Shown here in pieces: positions 26,985 to 40,342 of a DNA stretch of 64,000 nt. The notes beneath the pieces were generated by a model, which searched no databases, had not been told where the DNA came from, and saw only the letters and a program-made list of their open reading frames with translations. This stretch comes from Felis catus (taxonomy: Eukaryota), in assembly GCF_018350175.1 (NCBI RefSeq), contig NC_058368.1:14696001-14760000 (forward strand), in the 5' to 3' direction. How positions within the stretch are numbered: the first letter of the stretch is position 1; each line of letters opens with the position of its first letter. Position numbers and translations under genes: made by a program.

Positions 26985-29900
26985 ACAACGTAGGTGGTTT
27001 TTCCTGTTTATTACATAGTTATTCTAAGGTGGTAAGTGTCACAAAGTTAACTTTGAGGGGAATAACATGGTCCAGTGCGGAATACAAGCTATAACACTTT
27101 ACAATGAAACCACAACACAAGGTGATGGAACTTTGAAAACTGGGTAGTTCAATGAAACATCTCATCATTTAGCACTATAAAACTCTACGATGGCCTCAAC
27201 TGATGGATTTTTAAAACATTTTGACACCAAATGCTCTTTTTAAGAGAATATACATCCAAGCCACTCAAACTGTATACAGAAACTAGGTCACCCTCTTTGT
27301 AAAAATTTCATCCAAATGTACAACATTCATAGTGTATTTTGAAGTAAAAAGTCCTTAGGACAAATAAGTCAATTCCTTGTTTGTTGATGAATATAACATA
27401 AAAAATACACACCACAGGAAAATTAGCTTTCATACTTCTTTGCCTGTGACCTTTCAGATGCCTACTATCCTGGCTTCAAAACCTTTTTGTGGCCATATAT
27501 AATACAAACACCCATGTATTACATGCACCATTTATCCATCATCCTTACTAAAATGAACCACATTTTAAAGACGCTATATATCATGCACTCTTGAAAATTA
27601 CAGCTAGGGCCTCAGATTTCCTATCTTTTCCACATGCGTTACAGGCACAAAATTACAAATATTTTTCAGCTGACAGTATAACAAACTGCATCAGGCAATC
27701 GGTATATTGGATTCAATATATTTCTAATTTTTACACTACACTCTTGTGGGCTATCTCAAACAAATACAGTTCTCACTCACATGCACAATTAGAGATGCTA
27801 GCAAAACTAATGCAAATACGTATAAATGGGCAAATGTATGCATATATAGTAAATCCGTTTGATTAACATTTTCAAGTGTGTATATATTTATACAGATATA
27901 TACACACACATAGCAAGTATAGGAAGGTTACTACTGAAAATACGTCAACAGTTCAGAATAGTGTTTTGAAAGAACATACAAAATTGCCTTACAGGTTATC
28001 TGGCTTTGTTACCAACCTACTTCAACTCAAACACAGTTTGGATTATTTTATATTTATGTTTCAATATTAACACTCAACTACTCACAACTCTATAAATCAA
28101 TGTTTCATTCTTAGTGAATATTGATTGACAATCAATACATGTCATCAATGCATACACTAGAGAAAACATCAGTGACAGTATTTACTCATTTTAATAACTG
28201 AATATCAAGACATAACGAAACAAACATTGATGTGTGCTTATATTTAAAAATTTAACACAACTTTGGATTTGTTTCAATGCCACATTTTTTGTGTATCTGG
28301 ATTCCAATTTTTTGTTTGTTTGTTAAATAAATCATTACATCTATTAGGAACCATTTTGCCTTACTAGTTCAGCATACTGCTTTTGAACTTAAAAATGCCC
28401 CAACTACTATGTCACGTTTAACAATTTGTGGCATTTAGGTTTTACAAGATCCATATACAGTTCCACAAGAGCCAGTAACGTATAAGGCTGTGTCACAAAC
28501 ACCATGTTTTACTATTTATGGTCTATAAACATACACAAACACGTATATAAGCACACCCATATACACACAGAGCCCTGAAAATTTACATAGACACCCACAC
28601 ACCTGTATAGATATATGGCCACACAGGAAAAATTTAGTAGTCCAATAGCTCAAATGCATGGGATTATTTTTCAAGAATATTATTTTCTATTTTCATCAAG
28701 AAATTTAGCATTTAGACTTCATTGCTTTTAAATGGGGAAAGGAAAAAAAAAGCCCAATAAAGTATAGATTTGCAGTGGATGCAACCTAATAGCCCTGCTG
28801 GCTAATGTAGGGAATACATATAGTACATAAATGTTGGTTCCAATGATTTTAGGATATACCCGGGATGTGTACAGATGAGTGGACCTGACACCATCTTAAA
28901 AGCCTATGGATGGTATAGAAACATTGTGGATTTTTTCCCCCACTTGACTGATGAAAGCAAGACCAAGAAGAAATAAACCACCACATGGTTTTCAGAACCA
29001 GTCTTTTGAGTTCACACTGAACTTCACACTTGATCTATTATTGTTTTGCATTTCTAAAATGCTGAAAGCAGAGGAAATACTTATCCTATCTTTTTCTACG
29101 ATGTCTAAGAAAAACAAGTGCGTGCAAATGAAGAAGCGTCAAAATTTTAACTAGAGCACAATGTCTTCATGGCACACTTAAGGTTGACCATAAGAACAAA
29201 AATGCATGGCTTTTGCTCGAGCTCTCTCCTGCTCAGAATAATTGTAAAGTTCAGTGCCTAATTTTTTAAAAAGAATTCTGTGCATAAGTAAATCTTAAGT
29301 GCCTATAAATCATCAGTTTGAGTCCACTGGTGAACTGAAAACTTCTGGTTTGTCGCTAAGAATTTTTTTTTAATTTCTCCTTTAGTATAATGGAATTACG
29401 CTCTGCATAGAAAGAGATCTCAAAGTCTATAAATGGTGTGTTGTTTCAATCTCTGAGGGACTTTAGTTTCAAAAAGTAAATGATATATATTGCCTCTGAA
29501 CAGTCCTTTAATAAAAGTCATATGTTCAAAAGATTAAATGCTGTGGAACTGCATTTCCTTTGGAACTGCCTGAATGGAAAGCTGGCCATGATATCTATCG
29601 GCAATTAGTACAAGTACAGTTTCTTTTAGCCATGTCTAAACAAAGCCATGGGCTTCATATCAATTGGCAATATCTGCCACTTATCCAGAACAAATAGCAT
29701 TTATTGGACCTTGCTAAGCAGCACTTGTCCCTAAGATTGACAGTGCAGGGAAGCTGAAATTTTTGGAATTTATTTTTGTTCTGGACCATCTGACCCCGCC
29801 AGATTTAAGTTAACTGTTCCACTGCTTTCTTTGCATTTTTGACAGTTCAGTCAAATACATACTAATCTTTTATGGACTCAACTGTATTAAGTAATGCATT

Positions 29901-31711
29901 TTACAAAGACATAACTAGAACAGACACCAGCATAGGCAACTTCACAGATGTTTACTGTTTCAGCTAAAACAAAGCAGCCTTTTGATCTCAGCAGGAGTCT
30001 CTGTTCATTTCTATTGGAAACAGTTTTAAAACCTGAAGTCTGGAACAGGTATTATTATGAACTGTTCTTTCAAGATGGAATGATTCAGTTTGCGGTTCGA
30101 ATAACCTGCCAGAGAAGTGTCTTTCTCTCCAACAGACAGGATAATGAGGCACTAATTATTATAAGGCTATGTTTTCAGATGCTGTTAGATTGCCTGGACT
30201 CTTTTTTTTCACCTTCTTTTGGTTGAAATATTTTATTCACTTGGAAAGTGAGATGGTAACATATGTAACTATAAACCAGATGGTAAAATTTGATAGTTGA
30301 GCAATTTATCAAGGAGATAAATTGATAACATTTAAAACAGTATATGACAACTGAATTTCTCTCCATCTTGAATCAAACACTTTGTTTTTAAATTCAGTTT
30401 TCAAGTAAAATTTGAAAAAAAAATGCAAGGAAAGGCCTCCAAATGGCATCATACATTTTTAATTTATCACCTACTGAGATATGTCAAGCCTGTACAATAT
30501 CAAAACCATGCTTCACAAGTCTTAAATTGTTAGTGTTTGAACTAGTAAAACTAAATGATCACTAGGGTATGGCTTACATACAATAGACCATACACATTAA
30601 ATTAATTTTTAACATTCAGATTTGAAAATAATTATTTTATGTTTAAGCAAAGCTGACTATGATTTTTAAAACAGAGGACCAGAAGAGCAGAATTAGTAGG
30701 TTAATGTTAAACAGTGGGTTATAATCACAGACTTACTTGGTTTAATACAAAAGGAGTTTTGCATACGAAAATTTCCAAAACATCAGTGAGAGCCAGGATT
30801 TATCTGAACGGAGTTTTGGACTTTGGGGGGGCCTGGTTTAAACAGCACCATTTAAGAGAATTTTGCTTTTCAAATGGATTCTTCTTAGAAAAAAATCCAG
30901 ACCCAATTTTTTTGGGTCTGTGTGTTAAAAAAAAAAAAAGCTTTCTAGCTTCAGCCTTTTCAACATTTGAAAAATTACATATACGGTTGTAGGGAGGAAT
31001 TATGTCATTTATAGCAATGCCATCGAACAAGTTCTTCGTGTTGGTATATCGTTCAAGCTACATTTATGCTGTTTCTAATGAAAGGGAAGTTTAAAAAAAT
31101 TTAGTTGACAACAAAAGCTAGGAAACTTCCTAAAGCTTATCGTTGGAATCTTCATGAGGAGTGTCCTCGGCATGAGTGTTTTTCCTTAGACATATTAACC
31201 CACAAAATAAGTAGCTTTGTCTATTGTGCAGGGAGAAAAAAATCTACCTGAGTATTTTTATTACTTTGCAGTAGAAGCATCTTTAAAAAATCAGCAATCC
31301 AAATTTTAAAAAAGAAGAAAAAAAATGTCTGCTAGTGCCATTTTAATTTGCTTGACCAACAGTACAGGAAAATTGTATCTATATGTCTACTTATGGTTAA
31401 ATGAAAACTGTATCTGCAGAAATTAATGACCCTATATCGCTATATCATTAGCTTGTTCTTATACTCAATATCGGGTCATATATGAAATTCATCTAAACCC
31501 AGGCCTTGCACAAAAACCTCAGGTATATAAATCTTCTTCAAGGATTAAGATCATGAATATAAAATGCCTGCATTTTTACTTTCAGAGGAATTGAGTTCAT
31601 AATTTCAAGGTATGCAAAACCCTTTTGTTTATTTTGCTGTTAGACTTTTCTTAGGAAATGTGAAACACCTTCACCCAATCACAAACCATATACAATGCTC
31701 CATTGTCTCTT
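26985..31711 (-). other. DCLK1: Putative long 3'UTR of DCL/CARP transcripts
   Basis: AT-rich stretch with no recognisable interspersed repeats after the stop; AATAAA (minus) at 27007-27012 followed by GT/T-rich sequence. The distal end is inferred. Confidence 0.55.
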
Positions 31712-31768
31712 TTACACTGAGTCTCCTACTGAATCCAAATCATCCGAAGAGAGGGGGCGATACAGGTC
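31712..31768 (-). CDS. DCLK1: Alternative terminal exon of DCL/CARP isoforms, DLYRPLSSDDLDSVGDSV*
   Basis: Acceptor cttacag, phase 0, TAA at 31712-31714; matches the recalled DCL/CARP C-terminus, which resembles the DCX tail. With the MLELIE and 95-nt exons it gives a 56-aa peptide. Confidence 0.95.
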   Translation of the reverse strand, partial: DLYRPLSSDDLDSVGDSV

Positions 31769-32931
31769 CTGTAAGATGAAGGGCGGTATAGATTTGTTTA
31801 CTTGGCTTTCTTGGGTGCCATGTGGCTCTCTTAGGAAGGGAGCAACACTGAATGAGCATCCTTGGTTTCTAACATCATCAGACCTTTTAGACTCACCAAA
31901 TTTGGGTAAGAGGAAAGATAATAACTGAGAAGCCATTTAAACAGACAAAAATGGTGCTCATTTGCCTTATTGGCTTGATCTGCTTCTGAGCTATGGCCTT
32001 CTGTGTCCAGTGAATTTTATATATAGCCCCTGGGGTCTGTCAATGCCAACTCCGCTAACTATGTGTCTAGGCCATTCTTCCTTGAACATTTCCTTCCCAT
32101 TCTGGGTAGAAGAGGAACGTGCTTACCTCACAAAATAATTTGTTAGGAACCCCAGATGGCAATCAGCAAATTCTGGTCCCAAAGCAGCAACCCAAGTGTG
32201 GCATTTGCAAATTGCATAAACCCAATAAAAATTGCCTTTTCAAAATTTTATACTTGGAAGACAGAAAAAAAATGCAAGCTTGACCTCCCATTGCCTTCCC
32301 AATGCTCTTGCGGTCTCCAACCACTCACCAATCAACTCCTTTCTTCCTCCCTCCACCCCTTTCTGCTAGGAGATCTCTCAGTTGGTACCCAGGCAACCAG
32401 CTCAGATCTGCAGACTGTCTAGAATCCTGGCTTCTTTTCTATTTTGTACCACCCACTCCTCACATCATCTGACTGATCAGATAATCTACACAAGTCAGCC
32501 ATGTGGGAGTAGAATGGGGAGCTTCATTCAACCCACACAACACAACACATTTCTTCCTGATGTATTAAGAAACAAGACCAAGAAAAGTTCATGGATGGAA
32601 AAGATCCTCTTAGATCTGCTTCTGTGACCAGTTAACAGCTTTTAGACAGCAATTTGAATAACAGTGTTTTGGAAAAATAGGGAGGTTTTTTGGTACATCG
32701 CCACCAATGCTTTTATGAAGAAAATATCTGGCATGCAGACTCTTACTGTATATGACTATTGTAAAATACCAAAAGATGTAACAGAAAAATATAATTCTAA
32801 AGGAAGGGGAAATGTTGATTAAATCATCATAATTAACATAAATAAAATAGATTTTTCTTAATTGTCAAACGTCTCAATATTCCTTTAAAAATAAAAAAAA
32901 TATGTTCCTGTTTTTATAAATTGAGGTAGGC

Positions 32932-32932
<1 letters not shown>

Positions 32933-32982
<50 letters not shown>
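32933..32982. repeat. (GT)n microsatellite
   Basis: Directly visible. Confidence 0.97.
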
Positions 32983-32984
<2 letters not shown>

Positions 32985-35435
32985 GGGGGCACAGCTAACT
33001 CATTTTCCTGGCCATGTTGCTAGGCAACACAGAAGGAAAAATAGAAGTAGCTACTGTTTTCCAATTTGCAATAAAAAGAGTTAATTTATTCTTTGAAGTA
33101 TCTTCTTTTAGCACTTGCCATCTTTCACTTATTTCAGTATTTCCTGCATAGGAGTATAGCCAACCATTTGAGAAGAACATTAACCAAATTTGAAACAGGA
33201 TCAGTTTTGAGGGATATTCTAGGCCCATTTTAACTGGGAGGGGTTATTTGATGCAGTTGCCTCCACACCAAGATGAAAGCTTCTCTCGCTAAAGCAGCTG
33301 GGAATGTCTCCATGCACTGACATGGTACATGGATGGAGGATGTTCATTTATGGCCTAAATTTAAAAGCCTGGAAAGTGAACCATCTCTGGATTATCCAGT
33401 GCTCTGCTTACAACATGTGCTTAATAAATGTTTTCAGATGACGATAAACCCTTTGTCTCCCTGAAACAAATGGGATTATTTTTCCCTCTCAAGTAGATGC
33501 CTGCATTGGTAGTTTAAATGACACAATGAAGAATCTATAAGAGAATCAACCCTTATAGTAATTTCCCAAAGTGCTGGCAATGTTAATTATAGAAGCCATT
33601 GGCCACAGAGCCGCTCGACACTGGCTAGACATTTTCTGCCTCATTTGGACAAAGTCATAATGACACAGAGAATACAGAGGGCAGAGGACGCAAATTCTAG
33701 CCTCATTCTTCCAACAAAGAGACAGTTGGGCAAAGCACTTTATATCCTCTCAACAGAGGTCTCCACAATAAGCAACCAGGGAGAGAAGCTCAAATCTGTG
33801 GCAGGGATTCTCAGTGACTATAATTTAATCTCAACAACTCAGCATGAGCTAAATCCTGAATCTGAGTTTAATTTGTTCAAAGGATGAGGAAGGATTACTA
33901 TGCCATGTGTACTCTCCAAAGTCTACACTTCAAAAGAGAGAATGTTCTAGGAAAGAGCACTGTCTGAGCTATACATGGCTGCCCTTACAGAAGGGGGCCT
34001 TGCTGGGTAACATGCACTAGAAAAGAATCGCCCGACTACCCCTTCCTCCACTCAACGACAGACACTTAGGGGATTCAATGCATTTGGCCAATTCTTCTTT
34101 TAGTAGTTCACTAATGATTCCCGTACTTTAAAACGCCAAATTAGACTGTGGCCAAGAAGAAGCCCACAATGAAAACACTCAGATGGAATAGAGTTATGGG
34201 GTTTTCTATCTGGAAGGAACCTCCTTCTTGTTTTGTTTTGTTTTTCCAACTGAGACTCGGAGAGGATAACAGACTTATCAAAGACAACACAGCCATTTAG
34301 TAGAGGAGCTGCTGCCAGAGCCCAGGCCTCATCAAGTAATCTAAAGGAGCTACACCTGATGCCAGAAGATCCATGGAGAAACACAGCACACCCTGACACG
34401 TGGTGGGCCAGGAGCCAAAGAGACCCGGGACTGATGGAGGCCCCGCCCCCGCTCCCGCTTTTAGACAGCAGCAGGAGGACGCAACCTTGCAGGAGGCTTG
34501 AAGAGAAAAGCTTCCATGTTGGATGCAGTTTAAATTTATGGAACTCAGAAATTTCATTTAAAAGCACATAATAAATGACACCAAACTAAGAACCCAGACT
34601 TTGAGTTCAAGAAGCCATCATAAAACCTCCTAAGAGCACGTATTCCTCTCCACCTCACTTGTGACATCAGGATAGTAAAAGGCCTTCCCTTCCCCCCACT
34701 GCACCTTCCTCTCCTCCCCTTCCTACCCCCTTTATTCCTGCCCTGGTATTACTGGAAAAGACAGACAGGACAGGTTGTGAGGGGTAAGAATAGTAGTTCT
34801 TCCCCCTTCCTGAACATGAAGAAGCTAACACTCTTTCCAGTAACTTTTTGACTTTGATCTCCAAGTTCAGTCAATTTCTCCAGTATTACCCAAGCCAAAA
34901 AAAAAAAAAAAAGGCAAATAGTGATGAAAAAGAGAAGGTACTCGATGTGGGTTTCATTCATAAATACACGTGTCATACGCATCTATCCCCCATGCCATGG
35001 ACCCTAACCTGCTCTGGACCACCATTCTGTGCCATGAAGCAACCCCCCACCATAGCCCCCCTCTCCAAAATGGCACTTTTCCTTTTCCTTCTTAAAGAAG
35101 GTTGATGGTCAGAGATGATGTCTAATGAAACTCATTACAACTAAGGAAGCTTACAAACCAGTGCCAATAAAGTCTGTGCCCGTTCAGGACAAAAAGAGAA
35201 CCAGCAACTGTTTACTGTTGTCAGAGTTAAGATTCGGACAAATTCAGACAACATAAAAGCCCTGAGTTCTAGCTGAGAGAAACCATAGCCCCTGCAAGGG
35301 ACCTGCCACTGGTCACCTCCTGCCCTCACCTGGTTATTACTTAGAGACAAGCAGTGCTCTAAGGAGCTGGCACCTGTGCCATTGTATGCAGAAGCGCAGG
35401 CAGGTCTTAAACAAGGAGCTTGCTTAGTTCCTTAC

Positions 35436-35530
35436 CCTCTGCTTCCGCAGGCTTCCCGGGCTGGTGGGCGATGGGCTTGGCGACTTGCCCGAGCGTGGAG
35501 TAGACAGCTGACTACCAGGGGTTCCATTAA
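35436..35530 (-). CDS. DCLK1: DCLK1 shared exon, 95 nt, (V)[31 protein letters not shown]
   Basis: Acceptor ttctag, donor AGG|gtaagg; translation matches the DCLK1/DCX-like SP-rich segment. Confidence 0.97.
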
Positions 35531-36461
35531 CTAGAATCAAAGTTTCACAGGGAGAAAAAAACCGCTCATTAAAATGTTTTCATGACAAATCATCTTCTCG
35601 GAGAAGCAAGCAATTATACAGGGACATGTGCTAAAATTCCAGATACCTTTTTATCTGCAGTCCTGTAAGTGGCCCTCTTCAGAAATTCACTGGTTTGCTA
35701 ATCCTGTGTTAAATACAGGCTCAGACTACATAAAAGTCCTTACAAATGTACTTTTGACAACTTTCCTGAAGAACTTATTAAACGGTGCCTTTAACTGTGC
35801 TGATAGATTTTAGACATGTGGTTAAGGTCCTGAGACGCTTTCAGCGGGATTCATCCTTAATGCTATAGGTTAGCTTCCGAGCACCACCCAGTAGGGGTAA
35901 AAATTAGCATAACTCACAAGTGATATTCCCGGTGCCTTGTTAAAAGAGATCGCTATCTTTTTACAGTTAAGAACTAGCTTCTAGAAGTTCCTGCATCCAC
36001 TTGTGCCCTGCACATCCCTCTGGCCTAACTAACTCTGAAGGACCCGCCTTCACAGGACAAACTAATTGGCACAGACACTCAGGAGGAACTCCTCACAGTT
36101 TGTCTTTATTGCTGCCGAAAATAAAAGCTGCTTTATGATAGGTTTAAATCACTGGAATTCTACCCAACTCCGAAGACTTTTCTACCACATTATCACCAAA
36201 TGCAATCAAAGTCACAGAACTCAAGTAAGCAATTCTCTTCTCTGAGTAACATCACCTCTAGGAACTGATTAAAACCCTTTAGAGACATGACTTTACAAAG
36301 ATATAGAAGGTTGCCACTATCTTACCCATAAACATGACAACATTTTCACATGTTTTACACCCACAGTCAATGAAGTAGAATTTGCAATGAGATACACACA
36401 CATTCTTGAGGGTGCACAAAAACATTTTCCATGAAGGAGAGCAAGAATGCTTTTAACTTAC

Positions 36462-36480
36462 CTTCTATGAGTTCTAACAT
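36462..36480 (-). CDS. DCLK1: Coding part of the alternative first exon of DCLK1-short/CARP (MLELIE + G)
   Basis: ATG TTA GAA CTC ATA GAA G followed by consensus donor gtaagt; MLELIE is the known N-terminus of the short isoforms; phase 1 fits the next exon. Confidence 0.95.
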
Positions 36481-37320
36481 GGACACAGGCTTAGTGTTTA
36501 ACCTGGCAAAATCAAGAGGCGAGCTCCCTTCTCAGCACTAAGCCGAGCACCCGCGGAACTGGGAAGCAGTTGGATTAGTTAAGGATGGCTAAAGGCTGCT
36601 CCCAGAGCAGACTGAATGAGATGCAGGATTCATCAGCAGATGCCTTTTCTGCGTAAGGCTGACGTCTTCCAAGCAGCAGTGGGAGGTGCGGGTTCTGTCT
36701 TAGGCTACATCAAAGGTGTCGATTAAGCCTCATGCCAAGGCAGAGCCACGGCAACCCCCCACCCCCCGACACCACTAACTCCCGGAAGCCTGAGCCCTTT
36801 CCGTACTTTGCTCTGAATCATAATGGAGTGCCTCCCGGGGGCAAGTGGCCCGGTGACTCATCCGAAAATCATAATGACAATAACTTCTAAAACCTGGTGA
36901 GTACCTGGTAATAAGTACACCCTCACAAAATTTAGTGGCTCGGTGCAATGTTTATTGGTTTTTCACTATGTTTGCACAAAAACTTCACGCCCGTGAGAGT
37001 GGGAAGCTCCCTGTTTTGTCATCTTCTCTAAAGACCTTTAAAAAAAATGTCACATAACCCATGCTGCACTGATGTGTAGCTTTGCCTTTGAAATGTATTT
37101 GGTGACTCCTTCTAAACAACAATTTGGCGGCTGGTGGGGGGGGAGGCGGAGTGCAGAATGAAGCAGAAGCAAAGCTTTCACGGGCTTGCATGGGGAAGAG
37201 GCTTTCATGGGCTTGCATTCAACAGCCCGGCTTTTGTTGAATGAGCATGAGGTCAGGTCTCTCTACGCACCGGACTTCCAGCCACCGGCCTCTCTAGGGA
37301 GGGCTCTGAAATAGGCAAGA
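36481..37320 (-). promoter_or_regulatory. DCLK1: 5'UTR and internal (beta) promoter of DCLK1 short isoforms
   Basis: Locally GC/CpG-enriched sequence upstream of the MLELIE ATG; near-CRE TGACGTCT 36660-36667, AP-1 TGACTCA 36854-36860, CACCC/GC boxes near 36755 and 37135-37150. TSS cannot be placed from sequence. Confidence 0.75.
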
Positions 37321-37769
37321 ACTAAGGAAATGCGGGCAGAGGCAGAATCTACAATGAAGAAGGCAAGAGGTCCCTCAGAGGTTGACAGGAAGACAAATTT
37401 TAGGATCATAATATTTTCTTTGTCCCCTTTTCCACTTTACATCTCTATGTCACACCTGAAGGCTACACAGGCTGGGGGAAAAAAGAGCAAAAAGGCGACA
37501 CAGATTGGGGGGAAAAGGACAAATGGGGAAGCAAACGGAGTATTAACATTTCATTTTACTTTTGATTCGCTAATTTTATCAAGCTGATGGAAAATAAGGA
37601 AAAAGACAAAGTGGGCTCCCTGGAAGACTGCCTTAGCCTTTTTAAAAAGCAAAACAAAATTGCAATATGTTTGCATTTGTAAGTACCCGTTATGTGTGCA
37701 TCTCAGTTTAATGAAGACTTATTTTCTATGGACCCATTAATGCACTTAAACCTTTTACATATGTATTGA

Positions 37770-37950
37770 TAAGCATATAGTATACATGAGCTCATTTAAT
37801 GCTTACAATAACTCTATGAGGCAGGCAGTATTATTTTACAGAAGAGGAAACTGAGGCATAAAACGATAAACAACTTCACCAGCAAATATGTGGGCAGAGC
37901 CCCAAATCTAACCAAGACAACCTAGAATCTGCACTCTTCACCACCACATT
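37770..37950 (-). mobile_element. MIR SINE
   Basis: ctcatttaatgcttacaataactctatgagg...ttttacagaagaggaaactgaggc. Confidence 0.8.
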
Positions 37951-37999
37951 CCCTAAGGCGTCAGCCTGCTAGCCTGCAGGGAAGCCAGATAACTACACT

Positions 38000-38700
38000 A
38001 GTAATCACAATAAAGTATTTTGAGGATGACTGTCTTGAGGGTTGCTACTGAAATCCTAAGTATGGCATCAAAGTTGCCCTACACCCTACAGAGAGAATAA
38101 CGGGTAATGAAACCGAAGCCAAGTATTAGTGTCATTTTGCAGGTGAAACAGGGTAGGATACAATGAAGGAAAAGTGTTCCAAGGCAAGGGGACCACGAGT
38201 TTTGTGGCTGGGCATGGAGGAGGGAGCAGTGTAGTGCATCGAAAAGACCTAAATAGGTAGGGGTCATATAATGCAAGGCTTTACAGTTAATGTTAAGGAG
38301 TTTGATTTTTATCCAAAGGACAATGATAAGCTCTTCATGGTGTTAAGCAGGAGCGAGGAGATCAGATTTATATTTTTAAAAGCTCTCCAGAGCTCTTGCT
38401 TGTCAAGAACGGATTAGGGGAGAACAATAATGGGCTCAGTTAGGGATATCCCTATGGAGAATGGGTAGGCAGGAGGGAGTGTGGCACATTTAAGTGTCCT
38501 ATGGTCCGAGAAATGGTGTGGCTGGGTGAAGGGTGGTGCAGTGGGGGTAGAGGTAAATGGAAACATTCCGGAGAGATTTCAGAGGTTCAACACTATAGGA
38601 CGTAGTAACTGGTTGGAGAGGATTGCGACAAGAAGAGGGGGAGCAAGTTTGGAAGGACAGAGAATTTGGACATGTCAGATGAAACATCTTATGTGACATC
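38000..38700. mobile_element. L2 LINE fragment
   Basis: gttaaggagtttgattttatcc...atcagatttatatttttaaaag typical of L2. Confidence 0.6.
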
Positions 38701-39308
38701 AGTTCCACAGTGTAGGTTGGTATCATTTTTCCTATTTTATCTGAAGTGATGTGCCCAAAGATGAACAGCTGGAAGGTAGCAGCACTAAAACTGGATCTCA
38801 TTTCTGTCTCCGCAAAGAACTGTACACTTTTCCTGTGAGTGGCCTGTCCTGACACCTCAGGACATGTCCAGAATTCGTGTCCCCCGTCTGCAGGGCTAAG
38901 GATTCTAGGTTCCTTTCTCTACCACTGGGGCGCCTCCTTCATTTAAAGCCACTGGACTCAAGGCTTCTACTTGTGTTGCCATCTCTCTGGAAAAATAGGG
39001 CTCAAGTGCCAAACAAGCCATTTTCCAACCAGACATTTTTGGAACACAACCTGCTTGAAAGCTGGGAACGGCTTGTGTTCTTAGGGTCAGAATTCTATTC
39101 AGACTCTTCCTCTTGGCCACTGAAAAAGCATTAACAACTTCTTAAAGTGGTTCTTGACATCCAGACAGTATCACACAACTTATTGTTGACTCACTGATGG
39201 AATACATAATTTTATTTTCTAAGTAAGTCTGACACATGTGTTGAGTTCAGTTATTTTTTATCCTGTAATACCAAAAGTCTCTGAATGCCAATATAAAAGG
39301 CTTTGTAT

Positions 39309-39520
39309 GGGGTGCCTGGGCGGCTCAGTCGGTTGGGCATTCGACTTCCGCTCAGGTCATGATCTCCAGTTGGTGAGTTGAAGCCCTGCGTTGGGCTCTG
39401 TGCTGACAGCTCAGAGCCTGGAGCCTGCTTCAGATTCTGTGTCTCCCTCTCTCTGCCCCTCCCCAACTCATGCTCTGTTTCTCTCTGTCTCAAAAATAAG
39501 TAAACATTAAAAAATTTTTT
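39309..39520 (+). mobile_element. SINEC_Fc-type SINE
   Basis: SINE body; TSD aaaaggctttgt. Confidence 0.93.
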
Positions 39521-40342
39521 AAAAAGGCTTTGTCACCTATTTAATAGAACTTATTAAAATTCAAGTAACAAATGGCATTGCTTCACAGAATAACGTATTA
39601 CTTGATTAAAGGAGTCTGTATTCCAAATGGGAAAAAATCCAACTCAAAATGGTTGTTTTTGAGTGGCCAAGCAGGTCTAACAATTATCTCAACGTGAAAG
39701 TCACTACATCTGAATTACTGAAGGACGTATCAGATCCACTGCCTTGGGGTACATTCTATTCGTGTACATCTCCCTTAAATCCTGTATCCCTTGCTCTACT
39801 TGTTACTTCCTGAATGAGAAGTGCTAAACTTTAAGCTGGATTATTTTCAGATCCCATGATGATCAATCACATAACTGGACACCAAAGAGCTGTGTATGAA
39901 GTCTGTGGAGTTGGCTTTAAAAATCCCTAGTTTGTGTCCCTGCTTTGTGTCCAACTGGGCCATCACCTAAGCCCATCGGGAACAAAACAGCATGGACTGG
40001 TCACAGAACATTACTCGTCATGAAGGATCCGGTCTCACCTTTTCTTTGATCATTTCTGACAGATGACCCTCCTCTAGAGCCATAATTCAGGGCTCTATAA
40101 TCAATCAGCACCCACACGGCATATACCATACACTGACTATGGGCCTGCCTCTGTCTGTCGGTCTCTGTGTCCCAAAACTTGTACTTGAATATGAACATTA
40201 CAAAAAAACTCTAGAATCTGAGAACACTTGGCTTACCGTTACTAGTTCATTGCTCCTATCAGGTGACTAGGTGCATGTGTATATTAATTTAGCAACACCT
40301 TGGTAAACTTAAAGGGTTTATTCTCTTTAGAGTTTCATTCTT

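Noticed and set aside
31712..31936. 74-aa ORF MASQLL...DSVGDSV as a standalone gene
   Set aside because: Only the last 18 codons are the DCLK1 exon; the upstream part is intron that happens to be open and ends in a normal acceptor.
34100..34571. 155-aa ORF and overlapping ORFs
   Set aside because: No clear start or splice support and no recognisable similarity; probably GC-rich noncoding sequence.
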